Both the position numbers and the translations under genes were made by a program. 64,000 nucleotides of DNA from Candidatus Eiseniibacteriota bacterium (lineage in GTDB: Bacteria; Eisenbacteria; RBG-16-71-46). The notes below the pieces were generated by a model that saw only the letters and a list, made by a program, of their open reading frames with translations, was not told where the DNA came from and did no database searches. This document shows, piece by piece, positions 1 through 9,800 of this stretch. The stretch covers positions 16,035-80,034 of the forward strand of contig JBDSKE010000251.1 in NCBI GenBank assembly GCA_039917105.1, in the 5' to 3' direction. Within the stretch, counting starts at the first letter, position 1, and each line of letters begins with the position of its first letter.

Positions 1-369
1 TTGGGCGAGGTCCCTGGGGCGGTCGGGCTATCCCCTGATGATCGAACAGCGGCGAACGAGTTCGTGGTGGCACTGACGGAATGCGCTGCAGGACTGGCTC
101 CGCGCTCGCGTGCGGTGTGGTTCCAACGGGTGTTCCTCGAGGTAACCAGCCGCGACATCGCGGAACTCTGGGGTGTACGGCCGGCGCATGTGGATGTGTT
201 GGTACAGCGCGCGCGCACAGCATTGCGCGCGTGCATGGCAAGCAAGGGTCATGACGGCGCAGAACCTCAACCAGGCTTATTCGCAGCGTTGTGGCCCACG
301 CTGGGGTCAACGATGACTCGGGCCGGGCAGCGGACACAAGCGAGAGAGGATGAGCGATCGGATGTCTGA
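1..369 (+). CDS. ECF (sigma-70 family) RNA polymerase sigma factor, C-terminal fragment (5' end outside window)
   Basis: Frame-1 ORF open to window start; region-4-like HTH segment (TSRDIAELWGVRPAHVDVLVQRARTALRACMA); stop overlaps downstream anti-sigma start. Confidence 0.55.
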   Translation: MGEVPGAVGLSPDDRTAANEFVVALTECAAGLAPRSRAVWFQRVFLEVTSRDIAELWGVRPAHVDVLVQRARTALRACMASKGHDGAEPQPGLFAALWPTLGSTMTRAGQRTQAREDERSDV

Positions 370-1051
370 CACCAACCCCACGAACCACTTGAGTGAAGCG
401 CGATGCGCGGACCTTGTGCTGCTCACGCTCGCTCCCAATGCTCGTGACGAAGCGCTCGCGCACGCGCGCGCTTGCCCCGCCTGTGAAGAGCGACTGCGGC
501 TGCACGCAGCCGTCCATGCCCGTGCCCTCGCGCAAGGCGTGCGTCGCTTCGGATCGGGTGACCGCAGCTCGCGAGTGCTCGCGCTGCCCCCTCGACCGTG
601 GCTCTGGCTCACTGCGGCAGCGGCCCTCGTGGCCGCGTTGATGCTGCCACGGCTCATGTCGACGCCGATTCGGGAGCCACAACGCTGGCTGCCGACCCCC
701 GATGCCGGAATCGCACTGCGCGAGGGCGAAACCGACCCGCATTTCAGCGCCGGGTTGGCGGCCTACGCGCGCCGGGATCTACTGCTGGCCCGGCGGGAAC
801 TCGAGGCGGCGAAGTTGAGCGGCGGAGCCGAGACCGCCCGTCAGCTCTATCTGGGCAATATCCTGCTCGCACTGGACGAACCCGAGTCGGCCCTGAGACT
901 CTTACAGCGGATCGATCTCCTCAACGTGCCTGAGCCCTGGCAGGAAGAAGCCCTGTGGTCGTTGCAGCTCGCGTATCGCCGAACGGGCCAAGAGAAGCGC
1001 GCAGATTCCCTGCTTCGCACGCTGCACTCACGCCCCGACACCACGCGCTGA
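350..1051 (+). CDS. anti-sigma factor: zf-HC2 N-terminus, single TM helix, periplasmic TPR-like C-terminus
   Basis: HARACPACEERLRLH (HxxxCxxC) motif; hydrophobic segment WLWLTAAAALVAALML; overlaps sigma gene end; alternative ATG at 362. Confidence 0.55.
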   Translation: MSDRMSDTNPTNHLSEARCADLVLLTLAPNARDEALAHARACPACEERLRLHAAVHARALAQGVRRFGSGDRSSRVLALPPRPWLWLTAAAALVAALMLPRLMSTPIREPQRWLPTPDAGIALREGETDPHFSAGLAAYARRDLLLARRELEAAKLSGGAETARQLYLGNILLALDEPESALRLLQRIDLLNVPEPWQEEALWSLQLAYRRTGQEKRADSLLRTLHSRPDTTR

Positions 1052-1065
1052 TTGCGCCAGCGCTC

Positions 1066-3417
1066 ATGGCGCTGGCCCTGCTCACCGGCTGCATGCCCGA
1101 ACGTCCCTGGCCGGATTCCGCTGTGGACCCGACGCTGCGCGAGACCGAGACGCTGGATTCGCTGCGGGCTTCGGGTGACTGGGACGAAGCGGTGTCCTAC
1201 GCCGCAGCCCGTCTGGCGCGCTTCGAGCGATTCCACGGCCAGCCTGCCTGGCGCGTCCGCGACGCCAGGCGCGATGTCCGGTACTTGCGCCAGGTCGCGG
1301 CCATGCGAGCGAGCGCGCGCGAATCGCTTGCCGTCGCCGATCGTGCGCGAGGGGACGCATGGCGCGCGCACCATACCGACCGACTCGGTCTCGCCAGCGA
1401 GCAAGGCGCGCGCGCGGCTGCCATCCAGCAGGCGCTGCTCGGTTCACGCCATGCGGAGACCGCGCGCACCCAGGTGGAGTTGGCGCACACACTGTTCGAG
1501 TTGGGGCGCATCCCCGCCGCGGACTCACTCGCACGCGCTGCCCTGCCCGTGCTGATCGAATCCTGCGGCGAGACACACCCATGGGTCGCGCTGGCCGAAC
1601 AAGTGATCGGCTGGATCGAGAAGAATTTCAATGAAGTAGCCGGCCGCTCCGCCGCGACCCCCCACTATCGTCGCGCCTTGCGCATCCGGGTGCTCACCGA
1701 AGGCCCCGCGTCCCTGGGCGTGGCGGAGTCGCAACAGGACCTTGCCAACCTACTTCGTTTGGAGGGGCGCACCCGCGAATCGGCTGCATTGTTGAGCAGT
1801 GCGCTCGAGACCCGCCGTCTGCGCCTCGATCCCATGGATGAGGGCGTGGCCAGCACACTGACCGCACTGGCGATCCTGCATGTGGCATGGGGCGACTGGG
1901 CACGGGCAACGCCGTTGTTGCGAGAGGCCAATGCCATCCGTCGCGCCGGATCGCGCACGATCGCGCCGTTCAACATCTCGTTCTCGCTCAATATGTACGG
2001 AGCCTCGCTGATGCGCGGCGGCAACCCCGCCGAAGCGGTGCCGCTGTTGCGTGAGGCAGCCGCCATGCGAGAATCGCTTTGGATCCGGGCCGGCGACTCC
2101 GATCCCGGGCGTGCGCTGTTCCAATCCTTGAACTCGTATTTCGAGTTGGCCGCTGCGCTGGCGCAGAGCGGCCACGACATGGAAGCCGTCGAGGCATTCG
2201 AACGCGGCTCGAGCCGCTGGCTCGAACAACGTCTCTCTCCCAATGGACCCGGGAACCGCCGCTGGGACGGCGTCGTCGAGCGCGCTCGGCGCGCCCTGCC
2301 CGCCGATGCGGCTTTGATCCTGTGCGTCCCTCCCACGATGCCGGTGCGGGCCGGGGATTACCCGCGATCGGTGTGCGTGCTGCGCCCGAACGGACCGCCG
2401 CGGTGGAGCCTGATTCGCGCGCCCATGCGAGCGCCGGGGTCCGAGCACAGCGGCGTCATGCTCTCGACGCGCGGCCTCCGAGCTGCTGGGGCGTGGCCGA
2501 TCCGCGTTCCGCTCGATGACGGGTTGCGCCAACAATTGCATGTCGCCTGGCAGGAGGTGTTCGCCCCGCTCGAACCGCTGATGGTCGGTGTGCGCGAGTT
2601 GATCGTGGTGATGCCGGCGCTGACGCAGAGTGTTCCCCTGGAATGTCTGGTCGACGATCACGGCCGCTTCCTCGCGGATCGCTTCCGGGTGACCTATGCG
2701 CCCTCGGCCCTGCTCTATGCGCTGGGGCGCGAACGCTCGGCCGCGCATCCGCATGCCCCGAACCGGCCCGCACTGCTCGTGGGAGATCCCGCCTTGGCCA
2801 CCACTGATTCGTCGCGCCTGGCGAGGCTCATGCACTCGCGCGATGAAGTCATGGCACTCGCCAGCATGATGCCCTCTGCCGATATTCTGCTCGATGGAAA
2901 GGCGAGCGCATCACGCTTGGGGAAGATGGCCGCGGAGCGACGCCTCGCAGGCTATGGCACACTGCACTTCGCGACTCATGCCGAGGCCGACCTGCGTCGG
3001 CCACTCACCTCGGCGCTGGTGTTGGCCCCCGATCCTGGTCAGCCCGGAACCAATAGCCGACTGCGAGCCAGTACCATTGCAGCGGATTGGACGCTGGATG
3101 CCGACCTCGTGAGTCTGGCCTCGTGCCGTTCATCCATTGGTCGAGCCACCACGACGGACGGTGCGATGGGCCTGGCGCAGGCCTTCCTCGCTGCAGGCGC
3201 ACGCTCCGTGCTCTCCAGTCTATGGGCCGCCGACGATGGCGCCACGAGTCGGCTCATGCAGCGCTTCTACAGCAACCTCGCGCACGGCGCGACGCGGGCC
3301 GAAGCGCTGCGCGAGGCCAAGTGCTGGCTACGGGACTGGCGCGCGGCGGACGGTTCACGGCCCTACGAACACCCGAGTTACTGGGCGGGCTTCATCCTGC
3401 TCGGCGACCCGGGTTGA
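1066..3417 (+). CDS. CHAT-domain (caspase-like) protein with N-terminal TPR repeats; predicted lipoprotein
   Basis: Lipobox LLTGC after start at 1066 (ORF-track start 955 is an over-extension into the anti-sigma gene); C-terminal CHAT signature LHFATHAEAD...LVSLASCRSSIG...SLWAADD with His/Cys dyad; TPR-like helical repeats upstream. Confidence 0.7.
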   Translation: MALALLTGCMPERPWPDSAVDPTLRETETLDSLRASGDWDEAVSYAAARLARFERFHGQPAWRVRDARRDVRYLRQVAAMRASARESLAVADRARGDAWRAHHTDRLGLASEQGARAAAIQQALLGSRHAETARTQVELAHTLFELGRIPAADSLARAALPVLIESCGETHPWVALAEQVIGWIEKNFNEVAGRSAATPHYRRALRIRVLTEGPASLGVAESQQDLANLLRLEGRTRESAALLSSALETRRLRLDPMDEGVASTLTALAILHVAWGDWARATPLLREANAIRRAGSRTIAPFNISFSLNMYGASLMRGGNPAEAVPLLREAAAMRESLWIRAGDSDPGRALFQSLNSYFELAAALAQSGHDMEAVEAFERGSSRWLEQRLSPNGPGNRRWDGVVERARRALPADAALILCVPPTMPVRAGDYPRSVCVLRPNGPPRWSLIRAPMRAPGSEHSGVMLSTRGLRAAGAWPIRVPLDDGLRQQLHVAWQEVFAPLEPLMVGVRELIVVMPALTQSVPLECLVDDHGRFLADRFRVTYAPSALLYALGRERSAAHPHAPNRPALLVGDPALATTDSSRLARLMHSRDEVMALASMMPSADILLDGKASASRLGKMAAERRLAGYGTLHFATHAEADLRRPLTSALVLAPDPGQPGTNSRLRASTIAADWTLDADLVSLASCRSSIGRATTTDGAMGLAQAFLAAGARSVLSSLWAADDGATSRLMQRFYSNLAHGATRAEALREAKCWLRDWRAADGSRPYEHPSYWAGFILLGDPG

Positions 3418-3432
3418 TCGCGACGCGTTCGA

Positions 3433-4887
3433 TCACGCGGCGAGCAGTTCCGAGGTGGGCGCTTGGTATTCCTCGGGAAGCAGGACGCGGAACACGCGCT
3501 CTTGCATGGGCATCGGGTCCCAATGCTCAGCCGAGCCGTCCGCAGGTACCGACCCATCCGCGTGCACCAACACGCGACAGAACGGACGCGTCACGTCTTC
3601 CGGATTCGGGCTCATTGCCATCACCACCGCGCCAGATTCCGTGTGCAGAACGGAACCGGCCGGGTACAGGCCCACCGTGCGGACCAGCGCCCAGAGCACC
3701 GCAGGATCGAAGTTGACGCGATTGGGGCCGAGCAACAACTGGAGACCTTCGAATGCTGTGCGCGGGCGCTTGTGATACGCGCGATGCGCGGTGATCGCGT
3801 CGAAGCAATCTGCCATCGCCACGATGCGCGACATGCTGGCCTGTCCCCACTCCCCTTCCACGTCCGGATATCCGGTGCGGTTGTAGTTCATGTGATGCTC
3901 CAGACAAGCACGCATCGAATCCAGCATCAAACTCGACAATCCTGGCATTCGGGCGATCATTTTGGCGCCTTCGATGGGATGACGACGCATCTGCATCCAC
4001 TCTTCGGCGTTGAGTGCGCCGGGCTTGCGCAACACCGCGGCGGGGATGCTCATCTTCCCCAGATCGTGCAACAAACCCGCCACGCCGAGATCCGCGAGTG
4101 CTTGGCGCGGAAGCCCAAGTTGTTGCCCCATGCTGATACTGAGCACGGAGACATTCACGCTATGCGAATACGTATACTCGTCGTGATCCTTGAGCGCGGT
4201 CAGTCCAACGATGGAGTATTCCTGCTTGAGGATGCTGTCCACGATTGGCTGCACGACGCGCTTGGCGTGACGCAGATCTGGTCTGCCGGTCTGTCGTGCT
4301 CGCAATACGATCTTCTTGCTCCCGAGCACGGCGCGCCAGAACACGCGCTTGGCGCGAGCGCGCTCCTGCACGGGCTTGGGCTGATCGTCCAGCTCGCGCG
4401 CAAGGTCCTCGGCGTCCAAGTCGCTGGCGGGCACCGGCACGATGCTCTCGACCATGGCCTCGGCGACGGTCTCGGCCAGCCGAGCGGCGAGTGCCGGATC
4501 TTCGGCCGCGAGGAACACCTGGAAGAATCGTTCGACTTCGGCTTCGTTCACGCCCTGCAGGAATCGCAACCCTCCGACTCTGCGTCGCTCGAAATCCGCC
4601 ATGAGCGAGTGATACGAACCGAGCAATGAAGCATTGGCCTTGATGCGCACACCATTGATGTACAGATAATCAGCCACCACGATCAGGACAATTTCGTCCT
4701 CCTCGTCCAATAGTCGGCGCATGAGCGCCATGAATTCCTGGCTCTGGCGCTGGAAAGCCTGATTCGAGACATCGTAGGTACGAGCCGTGCGCATGAGCGC
4801 AGACAAGCGCAACACGAGCGCGCCCCCCAATTGGAGCACCCGTTGGCCTTCATCGATGTCGTCCGGATGCGAATCCAAGCTGCTCAT
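3433..4887 (-). CDS. HD-GYP domain phosphodiesterase with N-terminal domain of unknown function
   Basis: LLHDLGKM...HHMNYNRTGYPD (HD and GYP motifs); start ATG overlaps stop of upstream gene (ATGA at 4884-4887). Confidence 0.8.
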   Translation of the reverse strand: MSSLDSHPDDIDEGQRVLQLGGALVLRLSALMRTARTYDVSNQAFQRQSQEFMALMRRLLDEEDEIVLIVVADYLYINGVRIKANASLLGSYHSLMADFERRRVGGLRFLQGVNEAEVERFFQVFLAAEDPALAARLAETVAEAMVESIVPVPASDLDAEDLARELDDQPKPVQERARAKRVFWRAVLGSKKIVLRARQTGRPDLRHAKRVVQPIVDSILKQEYSIVGLTALKDHDEYTYSHSVNVSVLSISMGQQLGLPRQALADLGVAGLLHDLGKMSIPAAVLRKPGALNAEEWMQMRRHPIEGAKMIARMPGLSSLMLDSMRACLEHHMNYNRTGYPDVEGEWGQASMSRIVAMADCFDAITAHRAYHKRPRTAFEGLQLLLGPNRVNFDPAVLWALVRTVGLYPAGSVLHTESGAVVMAMSPNPEDVTRPFCRVLVHADGSVPADGSAEHWDPMPMQERVFRVLLPEEYQAPTSELLAA

Positions 4888-6656
4888 CGCTCACCCTCGG
4901 GACGCAAGGTGCGCAGCGCCAGTTCGCAGGCCTGACGCACCTGAGCACGACTGGACTTTGCACCATGCTCCAGCGCAGCCTGGGACACGGGCGTGTGGAT
5001 GCGGGCCAGACAGCGCGCGACGGCATGGCGGTGGATTTCTTGTTGGCGGTCGAACCAGGTGGCCTTGTGCAGCTCGGCTTCCAGTTCGGCAACGACCTCA
5101 TCGCCACCGGTCGAGGCGATTGCAGCATAGATGGCCCGGCGCTCCTCGGCGGGTCGCTGTGCAAAGGTGTCCCGCTGCAGGAAGCCCGATACGAAACGTG
5201 CGGTGGCGGGATCACGCGCTCCCGAAAGTTGGTACAACACCTGGCAGAATAATCGCGTATCCGCGCCATCGAGCGCGCGAATCAGGATCGGACGGGCGAG
5301 ACGCAACTCGACATTCTGTAACGCCGCCACCACTTCAGTGCCGACGCGGCCGTCCGGGTGCCGCAACGCCACCTGCAACAGACCCACGATCGCGGGTCCC
5401 CCGATCCAACCCAGGATATGGACGATATTGCGCACCACGTACCAACGGCTATCCGCCAGCCAAGGTGCGAGTCGCTCGGGATTCTCGCGGCAACGCCCCG
5501 CAACCGCCTCGGCGAGCAACTGACGTACGACACGCTGTTGGCTCTCGGACAGGAGGAGCGTCATCCAATCGATGCCGATGTCGCCCAGTGCCTCGGCGAA
5601 CTGAAGGTATTGGCCGATGGCGGGAGCTGCTTGCGCATCCAAGTGTTCGACGGCGCGCGAAATCGAGACCGGCTGCAATAGCTCCTGTTGGAAAATCTCC
5701 TCGTTCCATTCCTGCGTCGGGGCGGCTCGCAACACGCGCAGTGCATCGCGCGCATCGACCCAGTCACCCGCGGTAAGTGCCACGCGTAACACCCGCGGCA
5801 AAAGGCGCGTGAACTCGCGCGCATCCTCTTCACTTGCCTGCGCATTCAGACAGGCGTTTGCGATCGCGAGTGCGGCGGTTGTAGGCGGCACGGCGTGCTC
5901 AGCCTGGAACTCGTGCCGGAACCGTGCACCCTCGGCCGGCGCGAGCGAGTCGAGTTCAACGTAGGTGGCCTCGACCTCCACGGTGAGGTCGCTCAGCGCC
6001 CAGTCCTCCGAGCGCCCGGTCGCGCCTGCAACGCCGGAGCCAGCCGCGCCGTCGTCCGCGCCGGGGCCGCTGGAGCCGGGGTCGTTCTCGGCGACTTCAG
6101 CCATGGGCCAGGGCAACAACGGCCCGTCGCCCTCTTCGCCCGAGGCTTTTGCCTCGCCGCTACCGAGGTCGCTCTGTGCCGGGACATAATCGATGTCCAC
6201 ATGGCGCAGGTTCGATTCCCACAGCAAGGTCACGAGGTCATCGTCATCCAGATTCTGTCCGCTCACCGCGAGCACACAGTCCACCAAGGCATCCACCTCG
6301 CGCGGTTCGATTCCCGGGTTCAACGCGATGCCGCGAACGCCATCCCGATGGAACACGAACGCCAGGTTGTCGTCACGGGACCGCGCGGGGTACAGGGAGA
6401 TGCCATCGCAGGTGACGTCATCGGATTCGAACTGGAAGAGGATCGCGCCGTGCTCCTCGACCATGCAAGCGCCCGCTGCTCCGAGTTCCTCACGGAATCG
6501 GACCACGGTGGGATTCGACCCGTCGTATAAGCGGCAGGTCTTGAGCGCGCGCGCGAACTGCGCGATCCAAGCACCGGCCGCCTTGACCACGGCGTCGGGT
6601 TGCCTGCGCTCGTGTCCCTTCGGGTCAGCCTGAGCCGCCCGTGCGCTGACAGTCAT
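4884..6656 (-). CDS. HEAT/PBS-lyase-like repeat protein whose N-terminal ~100 aa is paralogous to the N-terminus of the adjacent HD-GYP protein
   Basis: C-terminal repeats RWYVVRNIVHILGWIGGPAIVGLLQVALRHPDGRV...; N-terminal segment KTCRLYDGSNPTVVRFREEL...LAFVFHRDGVRGIALNPGIEPREVDALV aligns with RTARTYDVSNQAFQRQSQEF...LMADFERRRVGGLRFLQGVNEAEVERFF of the HD-GYP protein. Confidence 0.55.
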   Translation of the reverse strand: MTVSARAAQADPKGHERRQPDAVVKAAGAWIAQFARALKTCRLYDGSNPTVVRFREELGAAGACMVEEHGAILFQFESDDVTCDGISLYPARSRDDNLAFVFHRDGVRGIALNPGIEPREVDALVDCVLAVSGQNLDDDDLVTLLWESNLRHVDIDYVPAQSDLGSGEAKASGEEGDGPLLPWPMAEVAENDPGSSGPGADDGAAGSGVAGATGRSEDWALSDLTVEVEATYVELDSLAPAEGARFRHEFQAEHAVPPTTAALAIANACLNAQASEEDAREFTRLLPRVLRVALTAGDWVDARDALRVLRAAPTQEWNEEIFQQELLQPVSISRAVEHLDAQAAPAIGQYLQFAEALGDIGIDWMTLLLSESQQRVVRQLLAEAVAGRCRENPERLAPWLADSRWYVVRNIVHILGWIGGPAIVGLLQVALRHPDGRVGTEVVAALQNVELRLARPILIRALDGADTRLFCQVLYQLSGARDPATARFVSGFLQRDTFAQRPAEERRAIYAAIASTGGDEVVAELEAELHKATWFDRQQEIHRHAVARCLARIHTPVSQAALEHGAKSSRAQVRQACELALRTLRPEGER

Positions 6657-6811
6657 ATGAGCAATTCCTGTCCTGACATCGCGGGCCGGACCGGTTCCGC
6701 CCTACTGTTGCATCGGCAGGAAACTGGGTTCACTTGAGCAGGGACCGCTGACGCAAGTCCATGTGCCGAAGGCAAGTGGACGATCGAACCGCTGATCCTG
6801 CTGAGCAGCCT

Positions 6812-9800
6812 TCAGGCCGGGCTCTCCACGGGTTCATCACGCAACAACTGCTCGAGATCGTCCGCTGTGAGGCGCCGAGCGAAGGTCTCTTCGCCCAAGA
6901 TGTCTCGGGCCAGATCGGCCTTGCGCTGTTGCAGTTCGAAAATGCGCTCTTCGACCGTGCCGGCCGTGAGCATGCGGAACGCGATCACGGTGCTCTTCTG
7001 GCCGATCCGATGCGTGCGATCGATGGCCTGTGCCTCGACCGCCGGGTTCCACCAAGGGTCGAACAACACCACATGGCTTGCCGCCGTGAGGTTGAGGCCG
7101 GTCCCGCCCGCCTTGAGCGACAACAGGAACACGCATGGGCGCTCATCGCGCTCGAACGCATCCACCACATCGCCACGCCCCGTGGTCTCTCCCGTCAACC
7201 AATGAAGCGGGATCGAGCGCTCGACGAGTTCCTCGCGCAACAACTTCAGGCATTCGACGAACTGCGAGAACACCAGGACTTTGTGACCCTCGGCGAGCAA
7301 CTCTTCAAGCAATTCGAACAGTTCGGTGAACTTTCCTGACCCGAGCGCTCGTTTGCCTCCCGCCAGCGCCGGATGGCAACAGATCTGCCGCAACCGAGTC
7401 AGCGAGGCGAGTACCTCGAATCGTTTTTCCTGGAGTCCGCCCGGGCCCTCGTGCAACGAGCGCACCAAGCCACGCGCGCGCGTGAGTTCGGACAGGTAGA
7501 GCTTGCGCTGCCCCGGCGTCAACTCACAGTCGATACGCTCCTCGATCCGCGGCGGCAGATCCTGCGCGACCTGCGACTTGAGGCGGCGCAACATCACCGG
7601 ACGAAGCTTGGCCGCGAGCAGACGACGCGTATAGGGCGGCGCCTCGGGGCCGTCGTAGCGGGCCACGAATGCCGTGCGTGACCCCAGGTAGCCCGGATTC
7701 ACGAACGAGAGGATGCTCCACAGGTCGAGTGCGCGATTCTCGAGCGGCGTGCCGGTGAGGGCGAGGCGATGTTGGGTCTGCAACGAGAGCGCCGCCTTGG
7801 TCACGGCAGCGGCAGGGTTCTTGATGTGCTGCGCCTCATCGAGGATGGCGGCACGCAGCGGCAACTCGCGCCAGTACTCGGCGTCGCGCCGCAACAACGT
7901 GTAGTTGGTGATCAGGAGGTCGTATTCGCCAATGCCCCGACGCAACTCGTGCCGGCTTGCGCCTTCGAGCGCGAGCACGCGCAATCCCGGGGTGAAGCGC
8001 GCCGCCTCTCGCACCCAGTTGTGCACGACCGATGCGGGGCACACGACCAGCGTCGGAGCGGCGTTGGGCGTCGTCGCGCGCAGGTGCTCGATCCACGCCA
8101 GCGCCTGTACGGTCTTGCCGAGCCCCATGTCGTCCGCGAGCACGGCGCCGAGTCCGGTGGAGGTGGTCCAGGTCAGATACTCGAAACCCTCTTGCTGGTA
8201 CGGACGCAAGGTGGCCTGCAGTCCCGCAGGTGGTGGCAACTGTGGCAGACCTTCGAATTGGGTGACGCGACTGCGCAGTTGACGCAACTGCGCCACGGCG
8301 TCCTCGCCCACTCCCATGCGCTCAAGCGCTGCGAGGCTGGCCTCGCTCGCCTGCGCCAGCTGCCACACCGTCACGCGCTGCGTGCCCGCCCCCATCTCCA
8401 CACCCATGTCGGCGAGGGTCTCGGCGGCGGCATCGGCCGCTTGCGCGATTTCGCGCCGCACCCAGCCACTGGCCAGTTTCACGAGTGGCTCGCGGCTCGA
8501 ACGTAAGCGCGCCAAGTCCTGTTGGGTCAGCGTGAGACCCTCGGCCTCCCAGTCCGCCGACACCTCGAACCAATCAATCCCGCTGGAAGCCACCTTCACG
8601 CTCGGGCGCACGACTCGCGCACCATCGAGCAGGCGTCGCGCGGCACGATTACCGAACCAGCGCACTCCGGGCGGGCGAGAGTTCCACGATCGAAGCAGGA
8701 CCTCCGCCGTGCGTGCGCTCACACGCAGCCAAGCGCCGATCATGACGTCGTGCTCGGGTGGCGCGCTGCCACCAGGCGCGCGCTTTCCTGCCGAGAGTAG
8801 GGGCAACGGACCGAGCCATTCCGACAGCCCCCGCAGCCGCTCCAGATCGGGCTGTTCCAGCCAAGGGTCGTCGGTGACAGGGAATGCAGGCAGCGGCGCC
8901 ACTTCTGCAAGCGATGACGCATCCATTAGAGCAGGCCCGAGTCCGTCGTCGCCATCGGCCACTGAGTCCTCGGCACTCGCCTCAGGGACCTCGGGGGCAT
9001 CGAGTGCACCGCTCTCGGCGAGCACCGCGACGTCTGGGATGCGCTCCCACCCACCGAGCGGCGTCCATTCGAACAGTACTTCGCCGGATGCGAGGCCTTT
9101 GGTGGGGTCCCAGTCGCCTGCACCTGCATGCGCGAAGACGCGGAACTGCAACCAATCGCTGTCACGCAGGTCGAGACAGACCACCGGCAAGGCGTGGTGG
9201 ATGCGAGTGAATGGACGGATCGCTTCACGCACACTGGAGAAGCGTTCCGCCAGATGCTCCAGCACTTCACGGTCCTCACGTCGCAACGGCAAGCCATCCC
9301 GTTCGCTCAGGACGCGCACCACTTCGGGCGGCGGCTCTTCGTGTACGCGGTGGAACGCGCCAGCGGCGAGGACGACGCTGGTGCGATAACCCAACTCGGT
9401 GCGCTCCCCTGGGACACGCACCACCTCGGAGAATGGCCTGCTGCGGCCATCGGGCCACACGAGCGACAGCCGCAGCTGCAACTCACCCTCCACGCGCACG
9501 CACTCGGGGCGCAGCGCCAGCGATTCCTCGTGCACCTCGAGCCGGTCCCCGCTCTTCAGACCGCAGCGGCTCGCCAGTTCGGCCGCCAGCGCCTCGCCCC
9601 ACACCACGAACGGCGAATCGATCGCGCGGTCGAGCAGCACATCCAACTGCGGGCCGTTCAGTTCGTGCGGTTCGGTGCTACTGGTGAAGGCGAAGCGGAA
9701 CTCGCCTCCGATCAGCATTCGCAACAGCCGCGCCTGCGGCGGCGAAAGCAGGCCCGGATCACGGCGCAACTCGGCCGCGAGCGTTTCGAGTTGTTGCCCA

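Noticed and set aside
1750-2835. Long antisense or overlapping ORFs (e.g. 1750-2835, 3463-4629, 9128-10390, 44377-45276, 44507-45679, 15937-16305, 28127-30016) reported by the six-frame track
   Set aside because: They lie entirely within and opposite to, or out of frame with, genes that have strong family signatures. Such spurious ORFs are expected at ~70% GC because stop codons are rare, and none shows a recognisable domain.
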